Notes: generated from the letters alone by a model not told the origin. A stretch of 52,575 bases of DNA from Methanobacteriota archaeon (GCA_030605385.1 JAUWIL010000001.1:1-52575), one strand, 5' to 3'; positions 1 through 8,110 are shown, counted from the stretch's first letter. Numbers and translations: made by a program.

Positions 1-116
1 AAGAGACTAGATCCAGAGGATACCGAAATCAGGTCAAAGAAATCAAGATAAAATTCATCATCCACAACATAGACAGATATATAAAACAAAATATTCAATT
101 TATTCTGGGAGGATTT

Positions 117-2102
117 CTACGGAGCCACTGTAGTTGTTCCTTTTAAACACTCATCTATCTGTCCATCGCAGTCATCATCTATGCTGTTGTCACATACCTC
201 TGTAGTCGGTTTAACTTCGCCAACGCAACTTCCCCATGATCCTGCAGAACAAGTTTGCGTTCCAGATGCACAGGCACCAACATCACTGCCACAGGATTGT
301 GTCAGACCCTCATCTGTGCTGCCATCGCAATCATCATCTATACCGTTGCATGTTTCAGTGGTTGATCCTACTTCACCAGCACAGCTACTCCATACCCCAC
401 TTGAGCATGTTTTAGTTCCTGCTACACAGGCACCAACATCGCTGCCGCAGGATTGCGTCAGGCCCTCATCTGTGCTTCCATCGCAATCATCATCCTTGTT
501 GTTGCAGGTTTCTGTTGCACCGGGATGAATGCTTGCATCGGCATCATTGCAATCATCTCCCCCAGACGACAGAGCATAGTATCCGTCTAAATCGGCATCC
601 TGAGCCCCCAGAGGAAAACCAACAAATGTTCCATTTTGCTTTATGAGTGAGTGGGATACGCTTGCTTCAAGCTGAACCTTAGACCAAACATACAAAGCAT
701 CAAACTCATAATCCGTGCTGACTGAGAATACTTCACCTGCACTTGCAGTGAATGCGTGACCTGTGTCGGGACTGCTTGGACCTCTTGTGTTAAAGGTTCT
801 GCCGTGCGGACCTGAAACAACTACTGCATAGCCGCATCCACTTTTATCTACACCTGGCTCTATTTGAACCATAATATCACCCGACTCTAGGGCAGTAAAC
901 GTTCGTGTCACAGTGCACTCGGCACCAGTATACATATACATATACTTGACCCAATCTGGATAGCTAGAGCACACCCAGTCCGTCCCGTCCCATACAACTT
1001 TCTGGTATCCAACATATGTTTCAGGACAGGTTGAAGGCGGAGATTTATATGTTTGCGTGCAAGTACTCTGGCAGCACCTATCAGAATCAGAAGCCGCTAT
1101 AAATGCCCCACTACAATACTCAGTATTAGGGCACACATCCCCTCCCTGACTGGAACAGGTAGGATTCGGAGATGGTAACGTTGCGCTTAGTATCCTGTAA
1201 TAGCCTCCATCATAGCCTGAATAGTACATTCTCTTAGAGCCATCGTCCAATGTTATTGTATTTGATGCATATGCAGTACTGTCGTATGTTCCGCCTTTGC
1301 TTATTCTTGTTCCGCTCTCCTTGGTCAATGTCAGCCCATCTGAGGATGTAGCACTTAGTATGTTCCCACCAGATTTTGAGTAGTACATCCTGTAAGATCC
1401 ATCTGATAGTCTTATGACATCAGGATAGCATACTTGATCCGATGTGCTATCACGCTCTATACGAACGCCGCTCTCCTTGGTCCACGTGAGACCATCAGAA
1501 GATGTGGCACTGAGGATTCGGTATGCACTGCTACCCGATTCCGAGCCGAAATAGTACATTCGATACGTGCCATCATCAAGTTTTATTACCTCGGGATTGT
1601 GCACTTGCCCGCTGTCATAGGTTCCCCCAGTTGTTAACCTGTATCCACTCTCTTTCGTCCATGTTAATCCATCAGAAGAAGTTGCACTGAGGATGTAGTG
1701 GTTGGGTGCACCTCCAGCAACCCCCATATAATACATCCTATAGGATCCACTATCGAGCTTTATAACGTCTGGAGAGGCTATAGCGTCAACATTAAACTCC
1801 CCACCAGGGCTAAGCCTCACACCACTATCCTTAGTCCATGAAACACCATCTGAGGAAGTTGCACTCAATATACGCAGTGTTGAGCCGTCATAGCCTGTGT
1901 AGTACATCCTGTACCCGCCGGATATCTTCACAACATCTGAGATGTATGCATAGTTGCTGTCGTATGTTCCGCCTACATCTATCCGGATTCCACTTTCCTT
2001 CGTCCATTCTTCGCTGGCTGATGCAGGATATGCTGATATCGCCAGCATTAGCAGCAGCATCAATACCATTCCAAGTTTTATCAAACCGTACTTTTTATTC
2101 AT
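117..2102 (-). CDS. Secreted multidomain protein: signal peptide, about six Asp-box beta-propeller blades, Cys-rich linker, beta-rich domain, three C-terminal Cys-rich CxxxDDDCDGxxDEG repeats
   Basis: ORF 117..2216. Start moved to M39 because MNKKYGLIKLGMVLMLLLMLAISAYPASA is a typical signal peptide with a G-rich RBS upstream. About 45-50 aa blades repeat, each ending RILSATSSDG(L/V)(T/S)WTK (SxDxGxTW Asp-box). The C-terminus repeats CN..DDDCDG(S/Q)(T/I)DEG three times. Confidence 0.7.
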   Translation of the reverse strand: MNKKYGLIKLGMVLMLLLMLAISAYPASASEEWTKESGIRIDVGGTYDSNYAYISDVVKISGGYRMYYTGYDGSTLRILSATSSDGVSWTKDSGVRLSPGGEFNVDAIASPDVIKLDSGSYRMYYMGVAGGAPNHYILSATSSDGLTWTKESGYRLTTGGTYDSGQVHNPEVIKLDDGTYRMYYFGSESGSSAYRILSATSSDGLTWTKESGVRIERDSTSDQVCYPDVIRLSDGSYRMYYSKSGGNILSATSSDGLTLTKESGTRISKGGTYDSTAYASNTITLDDGSKRMYYSGYDGGYYRILSATLPSPNPTCSSQGGDVCPNTEYCSGAFIAASDSDRCCQSTCTQTYKSPPSTCPETYVGYQKVVWDGTDWVCSSYPDWVKYMYMYTGAECTVTRTFTALESGDIMVQIEPGVDKSGCGYAVVVSGPHGRTFNTRGPSSPDTGHAFTASAGEVFSVSTDYEFDALYVWSKVQLEASVSHSLIKQNGTFVGFPLGAQDADLDGYYALSSGGDDCNDADASIHPGATETCNNKDDDCDGSTDEGLTQSCGSDVGACVAGTKTCSSGVWSSCAGEVGSTTETCNGIDDDCDGSTDEGLTQSCGSDVGACASGTQTCSAGSWGSCVGEVKPTTEVCDNSIDDDCDGQIDECLKGTTTVAP

Positions 2103-2561
2103 TCTTTTGCCCCCCCATTCCAAAGGTTTTGCTCCATATTTCATTTTCATCAGAGTTTGCTTTGATTGGCTGGACATCTTGAGTTTCTTCACCGTAGGAT
2201 TTTGTTCATGCGGCATGGTATATTCACCGACATGCTCTCAGCGCCGACAGCTACGCTAAAACAGCCAAGAATTAGAATTATGATGAGTGCTGTAAGTGCT
2301 ATCTTTCTGTGTGCTTTATCTGCCATATGTAACCTATCCATTTGGAAATAGTGAACATAATATATTTTAGTTTGATGATGTATATGTGATTAGTAGCTTA
2401 TGGAGCTTTATCCTACATAGTTGTTTAGGTGCTTCCACATTAACTTGCAGATCCGTCTTTGCCCGCTCACATTGTAATTATGGTACAATCGGATAAAAAT
2501 GTTACCCATAAATTAAGTGTGCCTCATTAAGCTTTTTTCTGTAAGGCATGAGTAAGCTACT

Positions 2562-2720
2562 ATGTCAAAAAAAAGATACAGGACAGTCTCACTGCCAGAG
2601 GAACTTTTTGAAAAAATAGAAGCTGTAATCGAAAGCAAAGAATATGGGTACAGTAGTGTTACTGAGTTCATTAAGGAATTAGTAAGGGAGCGGTTGAGGG
2701 AGTTGGGGTATAAGGTTTAG
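2562..2720 (+). CDS. Ribbon-helix-helix (CopG/Arc-like) small DNA-binding protein, 52 aa
   Basis: ATG at 2562 to TAG at 2718-2720, below the ORF-track length cutoff. MSKKRYRTVSLPEELFEKIEAVIESKEYGYSSVTEFIKELVRERLRELGYKV fits the beta-strand (RTVSLP) plus two-helix RHH pattern. Confidence 0.6.
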   Translation: MSKKRYRTVSLPEELFEKIEAVIESKEYGYSSVTEFIKELVRERLRELGYKV

Positions 2721-2776
2721 GGGTGTAAAACTCTTTCTCCAACCTTCTATTTCTCCACTTCAAACCGGAAAATAGG

Positions 2777-2815
2777 CACGTTATGTTTATGTGTGAGTGG
2801 TGGTATAAAATAAGG
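2777..2815 (+). promoter_or_regulatory. Copy 1 of a ~40-nt conserved motif with TATA-like box, directly upstream of the TIR-like gene
   Basis: CACGTTATGTTTATGTGTGAGTGGTGGTATAAAATAAGG. A TATAAAATAA box lies about 25 nt before the GGAGGTGA RBS and the ATG at 2832. Confidence 0.45.
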
Positions 2816-2831
2816 GGGAGGTGAGTCATCC

Positions 2832-3314
2832 ATGCCATACACAGTTTTTCTAAGCCATTGCACGAGTCCCGAGGATATGAAATATGTGAATTGGTTCGAT
2901 TCTACACTTAGAAATCAATGTATTGGGTGCTATGTTGCTGAATGGTATCGAGAGCCAAACAACCTTATAACAGACAAAATAAAAAACGCAATTAATGATA
3001 GCCAATGCGCTCTAGTATTATGGACGAAAAAAGGAAGAGGATCCCAATTCGTCAATCAAGAAGTAGGTTATGCTGAAGATAAAAAACTAATAATACCTCT
3101 TGTAGAAAAGGGAGTTCCATTAGGAGGGTTCCTTTATGGAAGGGATTGTATTGAATTTGAAAGAAACAATCCAACAGGAGCATTAAATAGTACCGTTGAA
3201 TATATCAATCAACTTAAGCTTGCCAAAGAGCAACAGGATATGGCAACGGGCATGGTTACTCTTCTCATTAGCCTTTTTACACTCGGAGGTCTACTTGCTG
3301 CAGCATCAAGGTAA
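2832..3314 (+). CDS. TIR-like domain protein with C-terminal transmembrane helix
   Basis: The N-terminus YTVFLSHCTSPED, then SQCALVLWTKKG...FVNQEVGYA...KLIIPLV, matches the TIR/DUF1863 layout (strand-SH start, conserved W/E helix). The last ~25 aa (GMVTLLISLFTLGGLLAAA) are hydrophobic. GGAGGTGA RBS lies 8 nt upstream. Confidence 0.6.
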   Translation: MPYTVFLSHCTSPEDMKYVNWFDSTLRNQCIGCYVAEWYREPNNLITDKIKNAINDSQCALVLWTKKGRGSQFVNQEVGYAEDKKLIIPLVEKGVPLGGFLYGRDCIEFERNNPTGALNSTVEYINQLKLAKEQQDMATGMVTLLISLFTLGGLLAAASR

Positions 3315-3326
3315 GAAACCTTCTTC

Positions 3327-3593
3327 CTAATACTTATTTTTACAGTATTGCTCTATTTGGTTCAACATCCCCTCGCTACCCGCAACGACCTTAATGTCTC
3401 GCAAGTCCTCCACTATCTTTTCAAAGACCTTGCATTTTCCTTTGAGGTGGGCGAGAGGGTGAAGATAAAAATCGACCCGGAGGGAGAAAGACTGATCGTT
3501 GAGAAACGGTACTCGTTTTGTCTCTCTTTTGTCTCTCTGCACTCTATTAAAGATTGTCAGAGGGTGCGACTCAGATAAAGTTAACTTTGTCAT
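3327..3593 (-). CDS. Hypothetical protein, last gene of a four-gene minus-strand operon
   Basis: ATG start with a GAGG RBS. It overlaps the stop of the upstream gene by 23 nt. No recognisable domain. Confidence 0.4.
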   Translation of the reverse strand: MTKLTLSESHPLTIFNRVQRDKRETKRVPFLNDQSFSLRVDFYLHPLAHLKGKCKVFEKIVEDLRDIKVVAGSEGMLNQIEQYCKNKY

Positions 3594-4401
3594 CTTTTAC
3601 CGCCTCTAGTTTATCCTCCCATATGTTATACTGGGTCATGTATTTCTCCCTCCTCTCGGCTAATCTTGTATCTAATTGAGTGGATTGTACGAACTCCTCT
3701 ATTTCGTTTGCCATCCTTCTTATCGTATCTATATCGCTTTTTATTTCCTCGCATTCCCTTATTTCCAATAGTTCTTTCTCGAATCTAGGAAAGATATCTT
3801 TAATGTAAATATGGCTATGTTTTTCCCCCAATATTGATCTTGTTAGTTTTGGGACGCCATCTCTTTTTAACCATTGTTTGCCATCTTTCATTCCAAATTC
3901 CGCTTCAAATTTGGGGATGTATCGTTCAAGTTCCTCGGAAGTCTCTATCCACCCTTCAACTTTTTCTTTGATATCCTTTTCTACTTCTCCTAGGTTAGAG
4001 TTATATTCTCCAACCTGTTTTCGGTATTCTGCTACGTCCTCAACCAGCTCCTTATGTCTTTTAATAAAATCTTTTTCAGCACCCGTATCGCCTTTTAAAC
4101 TCGGCCCCCAATATCTTAAAGAATCTATATTCCCACTCTTTATTTCAGATATAGTTTCCCCATTCATATATAGAGTTCTCATGATGGGGTCTATTATCTT
4201 GGCTATCGCGATTACTACACTGTCTCTTTCTCTGTCTTTACGTAGTTCATCTACCTGCTCACTTACCTTTTTGACACACACCCAAGTTATTATTGCTAAG
4301 AGTGCTGTTGCAACTGCAGTGACTGCTGCTGCGAGATTATTTGTTATTCCCTCTACCGCCATCACTACTATTTCTTCTGCTACCATTACCACTGTTTGCA
4401 A
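3571..4401 (-). CDS. Membrane-anchored helical/coiled-coil protein, unknown function
   Basis: N-terminal hydrophobic helix (AAAVTAVATALLAIITWVCV), followed by about 230 aa rich in E/K with heptad-like character. No known catalytic motif seen. Confidence 0.55.
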   Translation of the reverse strand: MQTVVMVAEEIVVMAVEGITNNLAAAVTAVATALLAIITWVCVKKVSEQVDELRKDRERDSVVIAIAKIIDPIMRTLYMNGETISEIKSGNIDSLRYWGPSLKGDTGAEKDFIKRHKELVEDVAEYRKQVGEYNSNLGEVEKDIKEKVEGWIETSEELERYIPKFEAEFGMKDGKQWLKRDGVPKLTRSILGEKHSHIYIKDIFPRFEKELLEIRECEEIKSDIDTIRRMANEIEEFVQSTQLDTRLAERREKYMTQYNIWEDKLEAVKDDKVNFI

Positions 4402-4461
4402 CCCTCCTATCTATAACAGGAACAGTTGTCAGCCAAATGAAAGGGCTGAACGTCTAAACTC

Positions 4462-4977
4462 CTAGTTCCTCCCTCTCTCTTTTGCAATAGCTTCTTGTAT
4501 CATTCTTTTAACCCTATCTTCATCCTGATTAATATCATCTTCATTGAACCACAGAACCTTCCACCCCCTCTCATTTAGTGCGTTCTCCTTCCCCGCATCT
4601 CTTTCTTTTGCATGCCAGTAGTCAGCGCCAGGCTCTATAGCAACTTTTTCGTTTACAAATGCGAAGTCGATCCAATATCTTGAAACATTGTACTGCTTTT
4701 CGTAATCCTCATGTTCTTTGAAGCACAGTTCGTTTAGATATTGCTCAGTCCTTTTTTCCAAGTCTGTGTCTTTTTTTGATGGCGGCACTACTTCTCGTTC
4801 AAAACGAACTTCATCTACTACAAAATTTAGTTCACAGTCTTGACAAGTTACTATGAAAGGAGGCTTCTGCTTAAGATAAAGGTTAAAGATGTTATAATAT
4901 CTCATACATTTTGGACATTTTGTCCACAGGTTCGTCCCACCGCCTATGTACGCAATACTTTTCATCATCTCTACCAT
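4462..4977 (-). CDS. Zinc-ribbon plus DUF559 (Vsr-like endonuclease fold) protein
   Basis: CPKC...CQDC zinc ribbon at the N-terminus. The C-terminus YWIDFAFVNEKVAIEPGADYWH...RDAGKENALNERGWKVLWFNEDDI matches the DUF559 pattern (Y.vDF...IE.DG..H...D..R...L...G..vlRf). Confidence 0.6.
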   Translation of the reverse strand: MVEMMKSIAYIGGGTNLWTKCPKCMRYYNIFNLYLKQKPPFIVTCQDCELNFVVDEVRFEREVVPPSKKDTDLEKRTEQYLNELCFKEHEDYEKQYNVSRYWIDFAFVNEKVAIEPGADYWHAKERDAGKENALNERGWKVLWFNEDDINQDEDRVKRMIQEAIAKERGRN

Positions 4978-4978
4978 A

Positions 4979-5521
4979 TTACCGCAGCTCCAACAATTCT
5001 ATCCCATATTTTTCCAATGTGGACAGCAACTCTGGATCTCTCTGCTTGCAGATTATCAGCTTCTGTATCTCGTTGACAGGATAGTTTTCTTTAACAAGAA
5101 CTTCGTAACTCAGCACTTGCCCGATTGCTTCGAAATTCAGTTTATCTTTGATTTCCGCTAAAACAATATTCTTATCCTTTATCATGTTAAGGAATCCTCT
5201 TTCAATATCTTCATCAGGAGACTTAGATCTCTTCCTGAATTTCACTATTCTTACATTATAAGAATCAGGAGTTTGAGCGCCAGTTTTTCCTTCAGGAATA
5301 AATATAGCATCAACTCTTTTTATTTCAGTTGACACGGTCTCACTCTCAAACACAGGTTTAACATGTACTTCTGCATAAATAGTTCCCCTAATTTCAGGAT
5401 CTTCTAACATCTTTTTATAATATTTATGCAACAATATGTCTTCTTTCCCCTTTGTCTTATTAGGTGGCCAAGGATCAGTATATGTTCCCATCACCAGGCC
5501 TACTGCTGACTTTTTAGCCAT
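4979..5521 (-). CDS. Putative PD-(D/E)xK nuclease-fold protein
   Basis: ORF 4979..5563. Start set to the ATG at 5521, which has a GGTGAT RBS 6 nt upstream. VDAIFIP ... VLAEIKDK gives a D...E-x-K arrangement. One nt separates its stop from the next gene's start. Confidence 0.45.
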   Translation of the reverse strand: MAKKSAVGLVMGTYTDPWPPNKTKGKEDILLHKYYKKMLEDPEIRGTIYAEVHVKPVFESETVSTEIKRVDAIFIPEGKTGAQTPDSYNVRIVKFRKRSKSPDEDIERGFLNMIKDKNIVLAEIKDKLNFEAIGQVLSYEVLVKENYPVNEIQKLIICKQRDPELLSTLEKYGIELLELR

Positions 5522-5625
5522 GTTCTTATCACCTTGCCATACTAACTTAACTATCAGGTGCAACCAACTTAAATGTACTTCTAGACATTTCTATACGCTT
5601 TCATGCTCCCATCAGAATAACAGCT

Positions 5626-5665
5626 CACGTTATGTTTATGTGTGAGTGATAGCATAAGAATAATG
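5626..5665 (+). promoter_or_regulatory. Copy 2 of the same motif, in the spacer between the minus-strand operon and the PIN gene
   Basis: CACGTTATGTTTATGTGTGAGTGATAGCATAAGAATAATG. The first 23 nt are identical to copy 1. Confidence 0.4.
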
Positions 5666-5822
5666 ATAGCTTTGATCTCAGGAAGATTGAAGTTCAAGCA
5701 TGAAGGTGTGTAAGCAAAATAGATTTCGTATGTCGTACCAAGATGATAGAATATATGGCATTAATGTCTGGTATGCCTAAGTTAGGCGACACACATATAT
5801 GTGAAGTAAACACGTAGGGATT

Positions 5823-6293
5823 ATGATGAAACGGAAGTTTAGAGTATACATAGACACGTCGGTCATCGGGGGATATTTAGACGAGGAGTTTAAAGATGCT
5901 TCAACGATGCTTGTTGGAAGATTTAAGAGAGGGGAGCTTGGAGCAGTAATCTCAGAGATCACCAAACTTGAATTGAAAAAAGCACCCAGCGATGTGCAGG
6001 GTGTGCTTAAAGAAATACCAGAAGAAAATATAGAGTATGTTGAACTAACCGATGAAGCAACAACCTTGGCTAAGGGATACGTATCTGACGGTGTATTGGA
6101 TGAAAACAAAATTGCAGATGCACAGCATATAGCCATCGCTACAGTTCATAATGTAGATCTGATTGTGAGTTGGAATTTTAAACACATAGTCAACATTAAT
6201 AAAATCAGAGGCTTCAATGCGGTAAACTTGAAAATGGGCTATCCACTAATAGATATAAGAAGCCCTCAGGAGGTGATATCCTATGAAGAATAA
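5823..6293 (+). CDS. PIN-domain protein (VapC-like toxin)
   Basis: YIDTSVIGG (first acidic residue), ISEITKLE, ADAQHIAIA and the SWNFKH C-terminal motif follow the PIN-domain spacing. Confidence 0.6.
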   Translation: MMKRKFRVYIDTSVIGGYLDEEFKDASTMLVGRFKRGELGAVISEITKLELKKAPSDVQGVLKEIPEENIEYVELTDEATTLAKGYVSDGVLDENKIADAQHIAIATVHNVDLIVSWNFKHIVNINKIRGFNAVNLKMGYPLIDIRSPQEVISYEE

Positions 6294-6414
6294 AAAATTT
6301 GATGCAGTGAAAATGATGAGGGAGATAAGGGACGAATTAAGTAAAAAATTTATACACATGACTTTTGAAGAGCAGAAAAAGTTCATCAAGAAAAGTCTAG
6401 AGCAGACAGCATAG
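6283..6414 (+). CDS. Small 43-aa protein overlapping the PIN gene stop, possible cognate antitoxin or partner
   Basis: ATG at 6283 overlaps the PIN gene 3' end by 11 nt. MKNKKFDAVKMMREIRDELSKKFIHMTFEEQKKFIKKSLEQTA is helical and charged. Below the ORF-track cutoff. Confidence 0.35.
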   Translation: MKNKKFDAVKMMREIRDELSKKFIHMTFEEQKKFIKKSLEQTA

Positions 6415-6482
6415 GGGGCATACACGTCGCATGAAAGGCACCGGTAGCATATATGGGCATGTGAAGGGCAGGATAATGATTT

Positions 6483-6881
6483 ATGTCACAAAAAGGTTGG
6501 TATTATAATCCCCCCAAGCCAAAGGTTCCTGAGGTAGAAAAAAACAGGATTAAGAGCATTTGTGGTGAGTATATTAGGACTGTTTTAAAACCTAAACATA
6601 TAATCCCCAGCCCCTCACATAAAGAGTATTATCATATTGAAGATATGTTTACAAAATGGTGGCGGAATTACTTTTATTTTTATGCCAAATACCATTATAC
6701 AGATCCAAATGCAATTAAGGAGTTTTTAGATCATGGCTTTGCCAGATTGGAATATGTTAATGAACACAGGTTCAATTTATCGTATATGAGACATACAGGA
6801 CAATGGTGGGAGGTTTTTTCAGAATTATCATTGGAAGAATGCTTAGACACCATCGAAGAAATGCCACATTTTAATCCATAG
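6483..6881 (+). CDS. Hypothetical protein, DUF3024-like
   Basis: Clean 132-aa ORF. The W/Y-rich core and the C-terminal GFARLEY...W.L.YMRHTGQWWEV...L.E.L..IEE resemble DUF3024 as I recall it. Not verified. Confidence 0.4.
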   Translation: MSQKGWYYNPPKPKVPEVEKNRIKSICGEYIRTVLKPKHIIPSPSHKEYYHIEDMFTKWWRNYFYFYAKYHYTDPNAIKEFLDHGFARLEYVNEHRFNLSYMRHTGQWWEVFSELSLEECLDTIEEMPHFNP

Positions 6882-7053
6882 AAAAGGCTAAATAAAGCAT
6901 ACTATTTACATGAAAGCTAACGGACTCGCATAACAGGTGGGCATGCGGTTCGCTGCATTCACCAAAATGCTCGGCTTGATCACATAATGCTCTCCTCTTC
7001 GTATTGAATATTACCGATGTTACAGGCTGTTGTAATAAGTGTAATGTTGGTGA

Positions 7054-7200
7054 ACTATAACGGTTAACCCGTTTAAGCCGGGATCTGGTTTGTATCCGCC
7101 TTATTTTGCTGGTCGTGTGAGGGAGATTGAAGTCTGGGCAGGTGGATGTATTACGCAATTGGCTTCATGGCACTTCTTTGAAAATGATGATTGTACTTAA
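7054..7200 (+). pseudogene. N-terminal fragment of an archaeal-type AAA/STAND ATPase (no start codon, truncated after ~45 aa)
   Basis: The frame reads TITVNPFKPGSGLYPPYFAGRVREIEVW... The NPF.PG....PP.F.GRE.E motif is the usual N-terminus of the archaeal ATPase family. There is no P-loop downstream and the frame stops at 7198-7200. Confidence 0.3.
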
Positions 7201-7277
7201 ACTCATGTTGTTCAATTGGGTTTAATCGAGAAACATTTAAACACAATTATATTCATTATTATAACTGAGGTGATAAA

Positions 7278-7421
7278 ATGGAAAAAAGACAAGTATGTTT
7301 TACCATTGAGGAGGATATAGTGAAAAACATGGAAGAACTAAGGGACAAAACCGGCGTGCCAGTGAGCAAGCAAATTGAGTTAGCTCTGAAAGGATACAAA
7401 ATCGAAAAAGTAGAGCAATAG
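7278..7421 (+). CDS. Ribbon-helix-helix small protein, 47 aa
   Basis: MEKRQVCFTIEEDIVKNMEELRDKTGVPVSKQIELALKGYKIEKVEQ shows the strand-helix-helix pattern. GAGGTGA RBS upstream. Confidence 0.5.
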   Translation: MEKRQVCFTIEEDIVKNMEELRDKTGVPVSKQIELALKGYKIEKVEQ

Positions 7422-7518
7422 TAAATTTCGGAGCATTTTAATGACGTATATTGAATTGAGTTTGGGTATCGTTATTGGTATTATTTTATCTTTAGTAGTG
7501 GATGTCGCCACAATACGC

Positions 7519-7863
7519 CTATATCTTAACCGATATCGTATCTTGATCTTCAAGAAAAACCTCTGCCACTGAATGGTTCGCCAGATCCAGTGCGTCTGCA
7601 ATTGCTTTTGGTATGGTTATCATGTATGAGTTGCCTCTTTTCGAGATTTTCACTTTCTCGTGTTTCTTAGCTTGCAGGAACAGGTAGGCTTTTTCCAGCG
7701 CTCCTGGGCTGAGCAGCTCATACTTGCACTTGGCGCATTTCCAACCACGTACTTTCAATCCTTCCACATCGATCTCGGTGCGCTCACACAGGTTGTTGCA
7801 CTGAGGGCACTTTAATCCCCCCTCTTCAAGATTCTTTAGTTCATCTATTTTTGATTCCGACAT
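7519..7863 (-). CDS. Antitoxin-like protein: YgiT/MqsA-type zinc ribbon fused to an AbrB/SpoVT domain
   Basis: CPQC...CAKC zinc ribbon. The C-terminal VKISKRGNSYMITIPKAIADALDL...VAEVFLEDQDTISVKI is a SpoVT/AbrB swapped-hairpin signature. Confidence 0.6.
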   Translation of the reverse strand: MSESKIDELKNLEEGGLKCPQCNNLCERTEIDVEGLKVRGWKCAKCKYELLSPGALEKAYLFLQAKKHEKVKISKRGNSYMITIPKAIADALDLANHSVAEVFLEDQDTISVKI

Positions 7864-8110
7864 GTTTTATTAACCACACTTCCTCGTCCAGAGAGTATGA
7901 GTAGCTGGGCACGAGCTTGGTGAAGACGATCTGATTCTTCCGATCGATTGCCCGGCCAACCTCTCCCTTCGTCATTCTTGCATCCTCGTAGTCGTATCCA
8001 TCCTCAATTATCTCCTGTAGTTTCCAGGGCGAGATGTCATGCCTCACCATATCTTTCAGCGCGTCTTTGCTGGGAATGCATAGTTTGCTTCTGAAGCGAA
8101 CATCAAACAT
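7841..8110 (-). CDS. Small toxin-like protein (possibly DUF4258/RelE-fold), upstream partner of the AbrB antitoxin
   Basis: Overlaps the antitoxin gene by 23 nt. The ATG at 8110 gives MFDVRF... An in-frame TTG at 8158 would add 16 aa encoded by the family A repeat. Family assignment is tentative. Confidence 0.45.
   Translation of the reverse strand: MFDVRFRSKLCIPSKDALKDMVRHDISPWKLQEIIEDGYDYEDARMTKGEVGRAIDRKNQIVFTKLVPSYSYSLDEEVWLIKHVGIKNR

Noticed and set aside
181-528. 115-aa plus-strand ORF with internal repeats
   Set aside because: It is the mirror image of the Cys-rich repeat region of the secreted protein. Its repetitiveness is inherited from the opposite strand.
2103-2326. N-terminal extension of the first gene to 2216, and a separate 45-aa TM mini-ORF (2189..2326, minus strand)
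   Set aside because: The extension would bury the signal peptide 38 aa inside the protein. The mini-ORF (MADKAHRKIALTALIIILILGCFSVAV...) is plausible as a small membrane peptide. It is too short to support without conservation or expression data.
3348-3578. 76-aa plus-strand ORF containing FEVGERVKIKIDPEGERLIVEKR, reminiscent of half an AbrB domain
   Set aside because: It starts with TTG, lacks the first half of the AbrB fold (no ...IPK... strand), and is antisense to an ATG/RBS-equipped ORF that fits the operon. The ambiguity remains and should be settled by homology search.
6871-7158. 95-aa minus-strand ORF
   Set aside because: No RBS or motif. It overlaps the stop of the DUF3024-like gene and the ATPase fragment. 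It is probably non-coding debris.
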